The notes: generated from the sequence alone by a model not told the origin. A stretch of 64,000 nucleotides of DNA from Moniliella sp. 'wahieum' (GCA_003971905.1 RSEE01000005.1:372001-436000); one strand, 5' to 3'; shown: positions 51,473 through 64,000, numbered from the stretch's first letter. Program-made: numbers and translations.

Positions 51473-52698
51473 ATGCCGCCCCCGCCAGTGCGCTTCTCGC
51501 CCTCAAGTCCGACCTCGCCGAGCGGCGCGCACGCACCAACGCCTCCGGCGCCTCCTCTTCCGCCCGCGACGTCCCACACACAGCGGGTGCGTCCACGTGT
51601 TCGGCTCTGTTTCCACGCGCACCCGTGCTGACCTATCCCATTCCGCTGCCTCTCCTTCCCAGCCATCGGCCCTGCCGGACCACCTGCGCCATCGCGTCCC
51701 CTCCTCCTATACGCCGCGTAGCCGGCGGCACATATCGTCCCAGAACAAGTCCCCAGGCCTCCTCCCGCCCACCCTGACCGCGGACCCCTGCCTCCCGACC
51801 AAGAAGCTGCGCGGCAAGCCGCACTGAAACGCAAGGTGCGCACCTACGAGGCGCTCAAACGGGGGATGCATGCAGGCGTCGGATGATGCGTTGCAACAGG
51901 GATCGATCGACTGGGAGACCAAGTTACTCACTGGATCCTCCGAGGAGAGCGGGGGGGAAGAAGATGAAACGGAAAATTCCCACTTCAAGCGCGTTCGTGT
52001 CTCCGAAAGCGATGACGACGACAAAGAGGATGAGGATGAGCCAACTATTACTTACACGGACGAGTTTGGTCGGACCCGTACCCAAAAGCAATCCCTCGTT
52101 CCACGTTCCGTTTTAGCCATTGTGGCCCAACGCGCCCCGAGTTGGACGAGGGAAGCAGGCAAGGTGCACTATGGCCCTGCCACCGCCTTCCCTGTATACG
52201 AACCCACACCAGCTGAGGCAGAAGAACGCAAGCGCGCCAAACAGAAGGCTGCCCAGCCGGTACAGCCAGCTCGGTTTGATTCCCTGCTGAAATTCGGAAT
52301 CGTGGCGCGGGCTTTTACCAATTCTCCCACAACGAACCTGAGCGGCAGGCGGAGATGGAAGCATTGGTGGCCGAGCGTGAACGGACGCTCCAGGAACGTA
52401 CACGGCGGGGTTGAGGTATCCCCTCCCATGCCTCAGGAGGCTGAGAGCCGTGATCCAACGAAGACGATGACCCTTTTGCCCGAGTGGAACAACAACGAAG
52501 ACGCGCGCCCCCTCTCCCCTCATACCAGGACCAACGCGCCGCTCGCAGGGCTCGGATCGCGCCCGTCGTGCTGAGCTCGGAAAGAAGGACCTCAGCTCGA
52601 TTACGACCCAGTTGGACGACGACCGGGCGGAATCGGCTCGCCAAGATGCTGAGGTCGACGCCTTCCTCTCTGGGATCCTCGACCGACCACCTCAGTAA
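51473..52698 (+). CDS. CCDC174 / DUF4078-like protein
   Basis: ASALLALKSDL, ITYTDEFGRTRT, RNRGAGFYQFS..ERQAEMEAL across frameshifts. Confidence 0.72.
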
Positions 52699-53374
52699 AG
52701 ACCATATGTACAGAATTTTACCAGCAAAACGGTCATGGGCCCACCGCCCAGTGAAGAAACGGGTTCATACCTCTTAGGCGTAGTGAGCGATCGTCATCTG
52801 GGATAATCCAGATAAATAGGGTGTTCCCGCGGGAAGAGCCTCGAAGGCATATGACACCCTTGCCTGTGACGAGGGCTTCTTTGGCCTGGAGAGGAGACAT
52901 TGCTCTTCTCGAGGCATTGCTACTGCACATATCAGAGGCCACCTGAAGCTCCCGAACGCGATACGGACGGGGGCGAGGTGGTGGTGGGACGAGGTCTACG
53001 CCGACTTGCGTCTGAGAGAGGGAACAGACTGTGATCTGGCTGGTCGAACGCAGTCTTGGGCGCGGGGCCCCGCGCTAGCTTCTACGCTACGTCTGCTACG
53101 TCACGTGTCACACGTCCCGCATCCCGGACGCTCCGACGGCCGGCATTGGCTGGCACTGGCCGGCACTGGCAGGCACTGGCGCCGTGGCAGATCACGCGTC
53201 GCGCTGCGCTGAACCACGTTCACCTTTCAAATTCACACCTGTGCATTCCGCTCGGCGCGTGCGGGGCCCAAATTTTTTCACCAGTGGGGGCTCCTGGGCG
53301 CCGACCGAGCGCACTTCCACCTCGGCCAACTCCCATCTTCTCCGCGCTCAGCGCGCTCCGCTTCTTCCTCGCCC

Positions 53375-54512
53375 ATGTCCCGCAGCCCCAGCCACGACGG
53401 CCCCAACGGCTTCACCCATCTCGCCGCTGCCGCCGCCGCACTGGAAGCCACCAAGAAGCCTCCTGAGCGGCCTTACAAGTGTCCCCTCTGCCCCCGCGCC
53501 TTTTACCGCTACGAGCACCAACGCCGCCACATTCTCACCCACACGGGCGAGAAGCCGTGGATGTGCGAGTTTCTCGGATGCGGCAAACGCTTCAGCCGCC
53601 GCGACGAGCTCGTCCGCCACGCCCGCATCCACGAAAATGGCACCCTGGGCCGCCGCCGCGGTCGCAAACCGGCTGTTGCCTTTGAGCGCACGCTGCCCTA
53701 TCCCATCTCTGTCTCTGTCCCCCCCTCGCGCGCTCCGTCTGCTTCCCCACCGCCCCTGCCTCAATGGAGGGTGTCGGCGCCCACCTCGCTCCGAGGCTCT
53801 CCGCAGCCCACGCCCGCCGAGCCGTTGGGCCCGGAACACGAGCGCGGCCATGGGACGCCTGGGGGCAAGCTGGGGCGTTGGTGAGCAGCCAGCGATTCGG
53901 GTGTCCTCAAGCCGGCTGCACCAAACGCTTCGTTCGAAAGGAAGAGTTGACACAACACTTGCGAGCATGCAATTCGCACCCCCAGCCTATCGTAGCGCCC
54001 GGTCCGGACTTTGCCCCTCCCCCCCAACGGGGGAGAACGGTCGGAAACGCCCGGGCCGGCCTCGGACCGCGTACTATGGCACTTACCCCCCCACTCCAGG
54101 CGCTGCCTTGGCACTCCTGGCGGAACAGGAATTGCAGGCCATGAAGGCCAATGCCACCGGCGACTTTCACACCCGACCTGTCACCTACACCCCTGCTGGC
54201 CCCGAAGGAGCTAGAACTGCATCCACTAACGCCGCTGGGACCAGGGACCCACCTGCCCCTGCTACCCCCGAGGAGGCTCCAGCTCCTGCTCCGGTTCCTG
54301 CTCCGACTCCTGCCCCGGCTCCTGCTCCGGCTCCTGCTCCAGCTTCGGCTCCCTCTCCTTCCCCACTTGCTTCGATACCCGCCTCTGTTGTGACAGAACC
54401 GGGCGCACCGTCTGGGTCCCCTACACTGTCTGCTCCCCCCCCACCCCCACCGGCGCCAACGTTTGCCCCACCCTCTTCTGTACCTTGTGATCCTATCCCC
54501 GTTCGCGATTAA
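53375..54512 (+). CDS. C2H2 zinc-finger transcription factor, CreA/Mig1-like
   Basis: [55 protein letters not shown]; Pro/Ala-rich C-terminus. Confidence 0.85.
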
Positions 54513-55160
54513 GCTTCATGCTGCGTGTGTCCTGTGTCTCCTATGCTATGCAAAGTATGAAGTATGATGCCTCCTCTATCTATCCGTTCCACGTCGATGG
54601 GGGTCTTGTGGGTCCCGTCTGCCTAGCACTAAGCATGCTCACATATCAGAAGGCAAGCAAGGGCTACAATCGTAGAGTCCCTCGGCCTAGTATGGCTTTA
54701 GGCTGGGTGCACAGTGCCTGTGCGGGCGGGTGGGAACGGGATGGTAGCGAATCTAGTAGAGCTGATCAAGAATCAAGCTTCAAGTGTATAACTCTCGTTT
54801 GCGCCTTTTCGGTCGGATTGTTGCATTAGATGGCAATGCGTTGAATGACCAGGAGCCTCCCTCATGGACCGAGTTGTAACAACTGAGAAACGGGGATAGA
54901 GGGCAGGCTGGCAGGACCGCTGGGCGCTCGCTCTGATCAGCTCCCACTTTAGGGGCTGCTTACTCGGCGGCAATGGGTGCACGGCTGAGTGGGCTCTGCC
55001 TCCGTCACCTGCCCAACAAAAGGGGGCACGCGACTTGGGCGTCTGAGTTCCCCCAGTGGTGCTCCCAAACCACAAACGCGAGGAGGAAGAATATTATTAC
55101 GGTGACAGCGCTTCTGTCCCTCTATCCCGGCGTCGCCGTCTCCGCCGTCCCTTGGCGGTC

Positions 55161-55222
55161 CAGCATTGAGCATCGAACATCGAGCATAGAGCATCGAGCA
55201 TCGTGGCTTCGAGCATCGAGCG
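55161..55222. repeat. (AGCATCG)n heptamer array
   Basis: AGCATTG AGCATCG AACATCG AGCATAG AGCATCG AGCATCG. Confidence 0.85.
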
Positions 55223-55999
55223 AGGGCCGTTGAGACACGGAAACCAAGGTGGATCTCAGATTGTGCGTGCTTGTACTCTGTTCGGTTGTTCTTTCGAAAG
55301 ATAGAAGGGAAGAGCAGTGTGGGGCTAGTGTCCACCAGTACCACCAGGCTGGTAGACGGGCGGGCAAGAAGCAAGGAACAAGAAGCAAGGGGCCAAAGAA
55401 GCCCTTGCCACTCGGATTCCAGAAGTGGAATGACGACGTCTCGAGCTTTCCTGCCACCCACCAAGGCTGTTCTTCCCCCGTTCCCCGTTCTCCGCCCTCC
55501 ACTTTCTTTCCCCCTCCCCTCCTGTCTTCAGCACCTTCACCCCCTAAGGCCTAAATTCCTCTGTGCGTAGTTGATTGCCCTCTGCTGCTTCATAGACGGG
55601 CCCTTTTCTGTACGAAGTGTACGGATCAGCTGGGGGGGCGCCCGTTTGTTCCTTATTCTGGGAGACATTGCAATGCATCGCCCTTTTTGGATGCTACGGC
55701 ACACAGGAAAGAGGTATGCGAGGTAGCCAAGTAGAAAAGGGTGGGTAGGTGGAGGTGGTATGGGTGGATCGGACGGATAGATGTTGATGGAGAGTTAAAT
55801 GGGTAGATGAGTGGATGAGACGGGTGGATGGACGGACGCATTAACAAACCCAATAGAAGGGGAAGTGGAAGTGTGTGTGTTGGGGGGCGGGGGGATCTGT
55901 GTGGCGTATAGCTCTGTGGCCCGATTGATTACGGCGCCCAGGCAGAGGGGATTTGGGACAAGGCGGCGGCCCAGCGTTCCAGGCGACCCTGTTCGTCGA

Positions 56000-58208
56000 G
56001 TGCGATGACGGGTAGGAGGATGGGCGCAGCAAGGGGTCAACGGGGGTCAGGCGGTCCAAGGGATCAGTCCTCTGAGCGATATGGCCTCCTCCCCCTCTTC
56101 GCCTGCATCAGGCCCTCCGAGCCCGTCGAGCCCTTCGAGCCCTTCGAACCAGTGGGACGGGGAGGGCGAGCGGGTGGAACGGAACGGATGGGACGCATGG
56201 GACACATGGGGCGAGCGTGGCAGCGCACCGTCCCCATCCCTCTCCGCACCCAGCGGAGGCACCGAGGCAGGAAAGGCATCGGCATCGGTATTGATCATAT
56301 CCTGCATCGTCTCCAGTGCGGTCTCGGCTGGCGGACGCATCTCTCCGCTCATCGCGGCCAAACGCTGTTCCGAGTCGCACCAGAACATGGCCCAGTCCAA
56401 TTGGGGCTCGACCGACTGGGCGGTTTGCGCCGAGTGCGCACAGGCGGCTTTGCGCGCTTCGGGCCGCGTGTCAATTTTGATGAAACCATTGCTGCGCTCA
56501 TAGTACCATCGATTCACTGGGTTGTTGGCTCTGGATTTCCATACCAAGTCGCGTCCGACCCCAAATCCGTTGAGGCCACCATTGTGGTTGAGCGCATCCA
56601 ACAGTCCCGCTCCATGCACCTCGTCCCGCAACGCCCCCCATAAAAAGTCCACCGCACCACTACCCTGCAATCGGGGCAAGACGGCAAACTTGTCCAGGTA
56701 CGCAATCGGCGCTACCGCTGTCTTGTCCTCCCAGGCGCCCATTCGCGCGTCACGATTGCCGCACCTTCATAGTCGCCCGTGACAATGACAAAGTCGAGGC
56801 AGTCGCGCAGTCGGGCGAGATAAGCGTCGCGCAGGAGCGTACGTCCAAACGAGGCCTCGAGCAACGTTTGCATCCGGTCCCAATCGACTTGGTCAAACGC
56901 TTGGATCACACGGATGGCCAAGCCACGACGTATGATCGTTGGTGTATGCGCCACATCTTGGCGCGCCGCCAAGAGACGGTGTGGCAACGAGGGCGAATGG
57001 GCCGCTTTGTTGGTAATCAAATTGGCAATCAAGCTACGGGGCGAACGGTGGGAGACGACAATCGCACTGCTCGAAGGCGGCATGACCGCCAAACAGTCCC
57101 GCGCCATTCGCAGTTCCTCCAGCGACGTCGGGTGGGACTGGCGCCAGACAAAGCTGCGTTGGATCGAGTCGTACTCGGACGCAAGGTTGATGGACAGGTG
57201 CGGACAGCCGCCCCGCGCATGCGAGGGAATGCCGCCTTGCCGATTGATAATCATCACACGCACCGGCGTCATGTCCACGTCGTTTAGCAGCCCCGTCTGA
57301 CTGTCCACCTCGACCCCCTTGCCCGACTGCGCCGAGGGAGCACGTGCGCCAGCCAGGCTCATCTCGCGTGCCAAGTTGGGCAAAAAGTCGTTGGCGGACA
57401 CCGCTACCGTTTGGGTCCCGCCTTCGGCATCCGAGTAGAGCGCCAAGGGCGCCAACACCGGAATCGCATCCCGGAGCAAGGCGTTGCGCAACGCACCCAA
57501 CCCATCGTCCGCGACCAAGGGCGAAGGGTGTACCACGCCGCGTGAAATGGCCGGCACGAGGGTGAGCGCCTGGGCCCAGGGAGCGGTGGCAGCCAAGGCG
57601 GCGCGACTCTGTTGCGCTGCTTGCGGGTTGACGCGCAGGATGGCATAGGGAACGGACGCGCATGCGCACCTTGGTGAGAAAGCATCTGCGCCACACGAAA
57701 TGTCTGCGAGAGCATGCGCCGCCGCAAACTTTCCTGCACGACCACGTCGAGCGGGGGCGCTGCTGGCGCCGCCACGAGCGCCGTGCTGCCACGCGCGAAA
57801 TTCGCGCTCCTCCATACTGGCTGGCGACAGAAGCGGCGTGCCGTCCTGCTGGAAGCGCAGGGGCGGCTGCGCCCACGTCTGGCTATCCACAACAATGATA
57901 CTGATTAACCCGAGGCGCTTGAGGTAGGCCATGCCCTCGGCGATGCTGCTGAGCTGGCGGGTGGTAAAGGGGCCTTGGATCTTGACGAGCGCCACGTGCT
58001 CTTGGACCCCGGCGATGCTCGCGGTATCGGCGACGGGAACTGGCACCGACGCAGCATGCGCCGAGGACGACGCCGGGGGCGGGGGAGAAGCGGCGCCAGC
58101 GGGACGGGGACCAAAGGCGCTGAGGTAGGTCTTGCTGTCGCGCAAGGATGGCTGGGCGCCCAGGACCTCGAGGATGAGCGCCTGGAGGCGCTGGCGGCCG
58201 AGCGACAT
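56000..58208 (-). CDS. ARG2: Mitochondrial N-acetylglutamate synthase; 3' end approximate
   Basis: [88 protein letters not shown]. Confidence 0.9.
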
Positions 58209-58699
58209 GGTGGCCGGGACGATTGACCTCGCTCTGTCCGGCCGAGGGGGAGGCGGAGGGCGGTGAGACAGCGGAGATGAGGGGACTCAGCGAGGTCGAG
58301 TCAGCACGTGAATGTTCCAGTTGAACGTGGACGCCGCGACCTCTCAACGGAGCACGGCGGGCGAGCGGCTGATACTGAGCAAGCTACGGACCGCCGTGGC
58401 TTGCGTCTTGGCGGTTCGCGGCCTGAGCAATGCAATGCAATCCCAGCATCCTACAAGTGGCCATGGACGGATCAGTGAGACTCAGAATGATTGATCCCTG
58501 ATTCATTAATTGATTGGCGAATGGAATGCCGACTGGGGGGCGGAGATGCAATTTTTCGCAGGCAGCCGGATTTGATTTTGCTGGTCAGGATCTGATCTCT
58601 GATCTCTGAGATCTGACGGCTATCGGATGGTTGGGATGCGTCGAACCGACACAATCAGTGCCATTGCCAGTGCTCAGTTGCTGGGCCTCTGGGGCTGCT

Positions 58700-61160
58700 T
58701 ATCTAAGGGCATGCTTGGGTCTCTCTTCTCCTCCGCCCTCGCTTGCAGGCTCAGCAACAGCACCAGCCACAGTACATGACAGGGAGCAGGTGTGCGCACG
58801 ACAGCATGGGACAGCCCCGGTGGTCAGCGAGATGACGGCATCGGGTGCCAGCAACGCCAAACGGAAGCGTAAACCAGGACCGGTGGTGGCAGCCTTGATC
58901 ACTGCCGTAGGAGCCAGCGGAGTGCAATCGGGTCGTCCTTGACAAGAGGCAGGAGTTTGGCCTTGCAAGTCTGGTTGTGCTGCTCGAGCCAAGCAAGCTC
59001 CGAGGGGAGAGCAAGCCAAAATCGACCAATTGCTTGTCGATCGGCACCACCGTCAGCCGCGCAAACTCAAGCCACTTGACCCCGCCAAACTGACGATGCG
59101 TATGCGCCTCCACCACTTCCATGACGCTCTCAATCCGAATCCCAAATTGCCCTTCCTCGTAGAACCCGGGCTAGTACACCCACATCGTCAGCCCGTCGTC
59201 CGCATGCCTCGCTCCCAACCCCGCAGAAGCACAAGCGAGCCCCTGGCACAGGAGAACAACGTACCTCATTACTGACCACATTCCCAATCTTGAATGGCGG
59301 CGTCAGGCCAAACCCATGCGGACCTCATGCACCCCAGGAACGAGCCAATGCCATGCCCAGTGCCATGGGTGTAACTGTATCCGTCTTGGAACAACGGTTG
59401 CCGTGCCAGCGGGTCCAACTGAGCGCCCGATGTGCCCTCAGGAAAGCGGGCCGTGTCCAGGGCAATGTGGCCCTGCAAGACACGCGTAAACGCACGCTTG
59501 TGTTCGGCGGTAGGCCGCGTACCCCGGACAAAGAAGAAGGTGGTACGAGTGGTATCGATAGTTCCGCCATCGGCGTACTGGCCACCGGCATCACACAAGT
59601 AAGGGGTACGCGGATCAATCACCTCATTTTGCTCGGGACTGGACCATAATGGGGCAAGGCAGCGTTGCCTCCCGTAGCACTGATGGGGTCATACGATTCG
59701 CCTCGGTACAGCGGATGGTGACGCGCTTGCATCAGCCGCTCGGCAGCAGTCCACTCGTTTACTTTCACACCGGCCTGCAGGTCCGCCTCGAGGTGGGAGA
59801 TCCAGCGCGTCCATGCAGCCCCATCCCGCAGGTAGGCTCGGCGCATGCCGGCCAGCTCGGCTGCGTTCTTGATGGCTTTGGTTTGGGCAATCCAGTTGCT
59901 GGTGGGCGGAAGAACGAGGAGGTTGGCCTCGTCCCCCGCCAGGCTTGGGCTACCGCAAAGCTGGTCTGCGGCGCGGCAAGGAGCACATGGTGCTTCGCGT
60001 ACGGTTCTTTGAGCACGGTCCAAATCGCTTCGTACTGCGCCACGTGCACGCCCAATTCGTGCAGGTAGTCCAGCGTTGCGCTTGGGGACGGGACGAGGTC
60101 CCAATCGACGTAAAGCGTGACAAGCAACTCGGGTACCAACTGGCCTGGTGCAAGCACATTGGCCATGTCACGTAGGCGGGGAAGACGGGGGTAAAGGGGA
60201 TGCTGTCGCCACGCAAGTTGAGCAGCCAAGCCACCTCGTCCAACGCACTCACAACATAGGTCGAACCGTCGGTACCAAACAGGGGGTCGTTGCGCGTCTT
60301 GCGCTCTTGCTCTATAAGCTCGAGACAAACCGGCTCAGCTGCACGAGCTTGTCCGATGCCGTTTGTCCTGCGTACTCGAGCGGATGCTCGTAAATCGGCG
60401 CCTTGCGCGGAAGAGGTCGGTCGAACCATACCTTATCCACAAGGTTCTTGGCGGGCAGACGCACTTGACCGCCAACCGCTTCAATCTTACGGATCAAGTC
60501 CTGGGCGGCCGCTGCCAGGGGAAGCAAAGGTCAGCTGGTGCAATCAAGTGGGGCGACGGAAAGGACTGGACTTCAGCTTCCAACTTCAAGCTTCCATCCT
60601 CCATAAATCCAAAGACAAGGAAAATAGCGTACAATACCCAATCGTCGTCGCATCAAAGCCAACTCGGTCGGAAGGCTTGATGGTCTGGAGCAGATACTCG
60701 GTCCAGTTGGCAACTCCGGGCGCGCCAACCTTGTGCAACGTCCAATTTTCGTCCAGCTGCTGCGACGCTTGGATCCAATAGCGTCCATCGGTAAAAAGGT
60801 GGGCTGAATGGGCACCCACAAGGGCCGTGCCCGAACTGCCGGTAAAGCCCGAGCAAAATGCCCTGCGACGATCACACGGAGCGGGCGTCTCGCTGCCATG
60901 ACTGTCGTCGGAAAACACAAGGTACCAATCCAACTTGGCCTTGTTGAGCTCCCGGCGGAGCAGACCCACTTGCTCACTCGTCGGGTTGGTCGCCGCCTCA
61001 ATCGGGCGGCGGAGGGAGAGAGGTCCAGGCCAAAGGGGTCCGGACCTTCGCCCTCTTCCTTGCCATCGAGCGTGTCCGGGGGAGAAGAGGAGTGGGAAAG
61101 CGGCTGGTCCGGGCCATCGAGCGTGATGGGCTTGCGCCGCGCAAACGGGTTGCAGAACAT
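58700..61160 (-). CDS. Xaa-Pro aminopeptidase (aminopeptidase P, M24B); 3' end approximate
   Basis: [76 protein letters not shown]-type region. Confidence 0.92.
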
Positions 61161-61599
61161 GGCGGCAGAGGCAGAGGCAGGGGTGCGGGAGGGGACGGGG
61201 GAGGGGTGATGGTGGAGGCGGGGGGGCTTGTCACGCTGACGGGTATCGACCGGCTAGCCAAGGCCTGGGGTTGAGTCAACTCGAAACCACATGGCCGCCT
61301 TCAAACGTTCAACTTACGTTGATGCGCATCCCATCGTTTCAACTTTCAACTGGGCCGTGCACGCTTCAACGTTCAAACGTCAGCCTTCAATTCACTGAAC
61401 GTTCAACCGTCCCTCCCAGGCCGAGCGCCGGGTGGATCCCCTTCGATTCCGCCCGCTGCCTAATGGTGCGGCGTGTCCACGCGCGTCCTCCCATGCGCAG
61501 TGCCGCGGGCCTTAACGTCCTCAACGTTCAACCCCAGAGTGCTACGGCGGTTGAACTAGCAGCCTGCCCCACCCCCGCCCCAGCAGCACAGAGTGGAGG

Positions 61600-63698
61600 C
61601 AGTGACTAGGGAAGACGGGGGGACGATGGCGATGACACCAATGCATTTGGTTTTGTTTTGGGTGGCGCGGTCAGTCGGACGAGTCGCTCTGTAGCTCAAT
61701 CGTCTCGTTCTCCAGGATGGGCGGGATGCGGAAGGTGGTGTCGGTATCCATGTCCTGCAAGCCCACGATCCGGGTCGAGCGTTGCTCCCTCGCTCCGTCT
61801 TGGGTGGATGTCGGGTGCGTGTCGGTTTTGGGTTCGCCCACCTCGACCGCGTGGGGTAGGTAGGCATAGGGGGTGCCCTGCCAGAACGGATCGGTGGCCA
61901 GCGGCGGAGACGGCGGCGCGTGGGGCAAGCGAGACTGAGAAGGATGGGCCAGGGCATGCAGACGATTGGCCGTCTGAACCGCTTGGCCGGGGGGTAAATG
62001 TCGACGAGCGCCACCTCTTCGTCGCGTTGTCTTTGGTTGGCCTCGTCTTCGTCTTCCACATCAAACTCGCCTTCCGTTCTTCGTATTCCATGTTCTCCTC
62101 CAACTCTTCAAACCCAGGCATACGCCGACCAATTTTCTCGCTCGGCACCGACCAAAGATGAATGTCGCCATTCTTGCTGAGACTCGCCATGGCCGCCCGG
62201 GCCGGGTGCCAATCCACATCGACCAACGCGTCCTTCGGACCGTCAATCGTCTTGTTCAGCCGACCTAATACCCGCTCCCACACATACACACTGTGCTTCT
62301 CCCCATTCGCCGCACCGGCATAAATGTACTCCCCGTCCGCACTCAACCCAATCCCGTTCCATTTGGTACGGCCAATCTGGTCTTGAAACGAGTACTTGGC
62401 CTGCACCTCAAATTGTTTCGCCTCGCCTTCCGTCGCCTCGTCCGCAAGGCCAGAAGAAGCAGGGGCCCGATGGAAATCTACCACCTTGATCCGACGGTCG
62501 TTCCCATTGGCGACCAACAAGCTAGAGGGGCAGGCAGGTCGGGGCAGGTCGGGGGCAGGGATGGGGAGGGAGGGCAGGGATGAGTTAGTGGTGGGTTCCG
62601 ATTACAAAGGGTCGAGGATCCTATACGCACCCATATCCTGCATGGTAGACCAATTGGCGCACAGCCGATGTACCAAAAATCGAAGGGTCCGACTGGACCA
62701 GCGAACGGGTTGCCACACTGTACACGTCCATCCCCCCCTTTGTGTCCCCACCACGATGTAGGCCGAACTGGCAGGACCAGAGCTAGAACTAGTGCCAGGG
62801 CCAGGGGTGGCGGCCGAAGGCGACGAGGTCGTGTGCCCGGGCACAACCACAAAACAGGCCGATGCCACCGCGTGGTTCTTGCTCGCGGGGTCACTTGACG
62901 ATTCCCCACCCACTTCCACAGCCTAGGGGGCAGTGGGCGCACGACTGGCTTGGACCAAGGTCCGGGGGGACTCGGGGTTGTTGGTGATTCGGACGGCAAC
63001 GGGGGTAGGATCCGGGTGCGGGTTACTTGGAATCGAGGTTGCACGTCACCAAAACGGCCTCTTGCGAAGCAGAGAGAACAACAAGCAGGATCGAGCTGCG
63101 AAGGTGAGGGCACCCACAAAGTCAGAAACCAACCTAACTAAGCCAAACAAAACAAAACCAAACGCGCGCGTAAGGGAGATAGGACCCTCAAGGACGGTAC
63201 AAGGTACGAGGGAAGGAAACGAACGAGTTAGTAGGGTCAAATTCGACGGACTGGACCGGCCCGTCGAATCGGATGACACGGGAGGTTTCGTCAGCTTGGG
63301 GGTGCAGGTCCCACAGGATGACCGAGTGGTCCGTCGAGGCCGAGGCGAGAAATCGGTTGCAGCGGGACCAAGCGAGGGAAGTGATGGGGCCCGCATGGCC
63401 TTCGAGCCAACGCAAAATTCCCGAAGTAGGCGGGTCCCAAATGGTCACCACCCCGTCCACCCGACCCGCTGCGAGGTAGGACCCAGCAAAGAGAAGCGAC
63501 TCGGACTGATCGCCTGCGCTGGCACTGCGGTTGAAGCGCACACACGTGGCATGCGCGTTGCGTAGCACGCGCTCCACATTGTCGGGGTGTCGTGCGCAAA
63601 GGGGTCTGAGAGGGGCGGTCAGGGCGTGTGCACCGTGTCTCCCGCTACGAGGAGCCATGGGGGGGGGGGGGGGGCGTACTCTGGAGCAGCGCGTTCAT
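61600..63698 (-). CDS. SWD1: COMPASS WD40 subunit Swd1/RbBP5; 3' end approximate
   Basis: MNALLQ, YLAAGRVDGVVTIWD, GHAGPITSLAWS, FQDQIGRTKW, VYVWER..DGPKDALVDVDWHP, MPGFEELEENMEYEER; several introns. Confidence 0.9.
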
Positions 63699-64000
63699 CG
63701 CCCTGCGAGCGGACGGGGCGGAGGCGGCGAGGGAGGAGGAGGGTGGGGCGCGTTCTTCGCTGACGCCTGGGGTCGTGCGTGTGGACGCGCAGGATTGAAA
63801 GTTGAAAAGGAGTCACGAGTACCGCCCTGGTGAACGATTGGCAACCCTACGCGAAGAGCACACGACAGCCCGCCCATCTGATCGACGGCTACGCGCTGTT
63901 GCTGGCCAGCAAGTCCGAGCCAAGCGACCTTCTCGCTCGCTGACTGCGAAGCGGCTGGTTCCCCCTTCTCTCTCTCTCTCTCCCACCCGTTATGTCCACC

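Overview
GC-rich, gene-dense fungal nuclear DNA with short GT-AG introns. The gene set and compactness suggest a basidiomycete, possibly Ustilaginomycotina (inference). About 22 protein-coding genes are recognisable: TGS1, ERG9, Mit_KHE1/MRX19-like, an SDR dehydrogenase, a PAS-kinase-type kinase, PP2A-A, SDT1, a DH/RhoGEF protein, RPL35, WRS1, PXA1, a low-complexity orphan, GH128, NAS6, a NEK-like kinase, a GATA factor, an M16 peptidase, CCDC174-like, a CreA/Mig1-like C2H2 factor, ARG2, aminopeptidase P and SWD1. There is also an intron-containing initiator tRNA-Met, a full-length young Ty1/copia element (5-bp TSD, near-identical LTRs) and a diverged solo LTR of the same family. Nearly all genes, including essential ones, are broken by single-base frameshifts. 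These are best explained as uncorrected long-read indel errors, so CDS boundaries are approximate. The most unusual unexplained signal is an intergenic repeat pattern. Phased 7-bp units made of a 6-bp A....T palindrome plus C (G on the other strand), with interchangeable cores (AAGCTT, ATGCAT, ATCGAT, ATTAAT, ACTAGT, AGTACT, AACGTT, AGATCT, AGGCCT, AATATT), recur in most intergenic or promoter regions.
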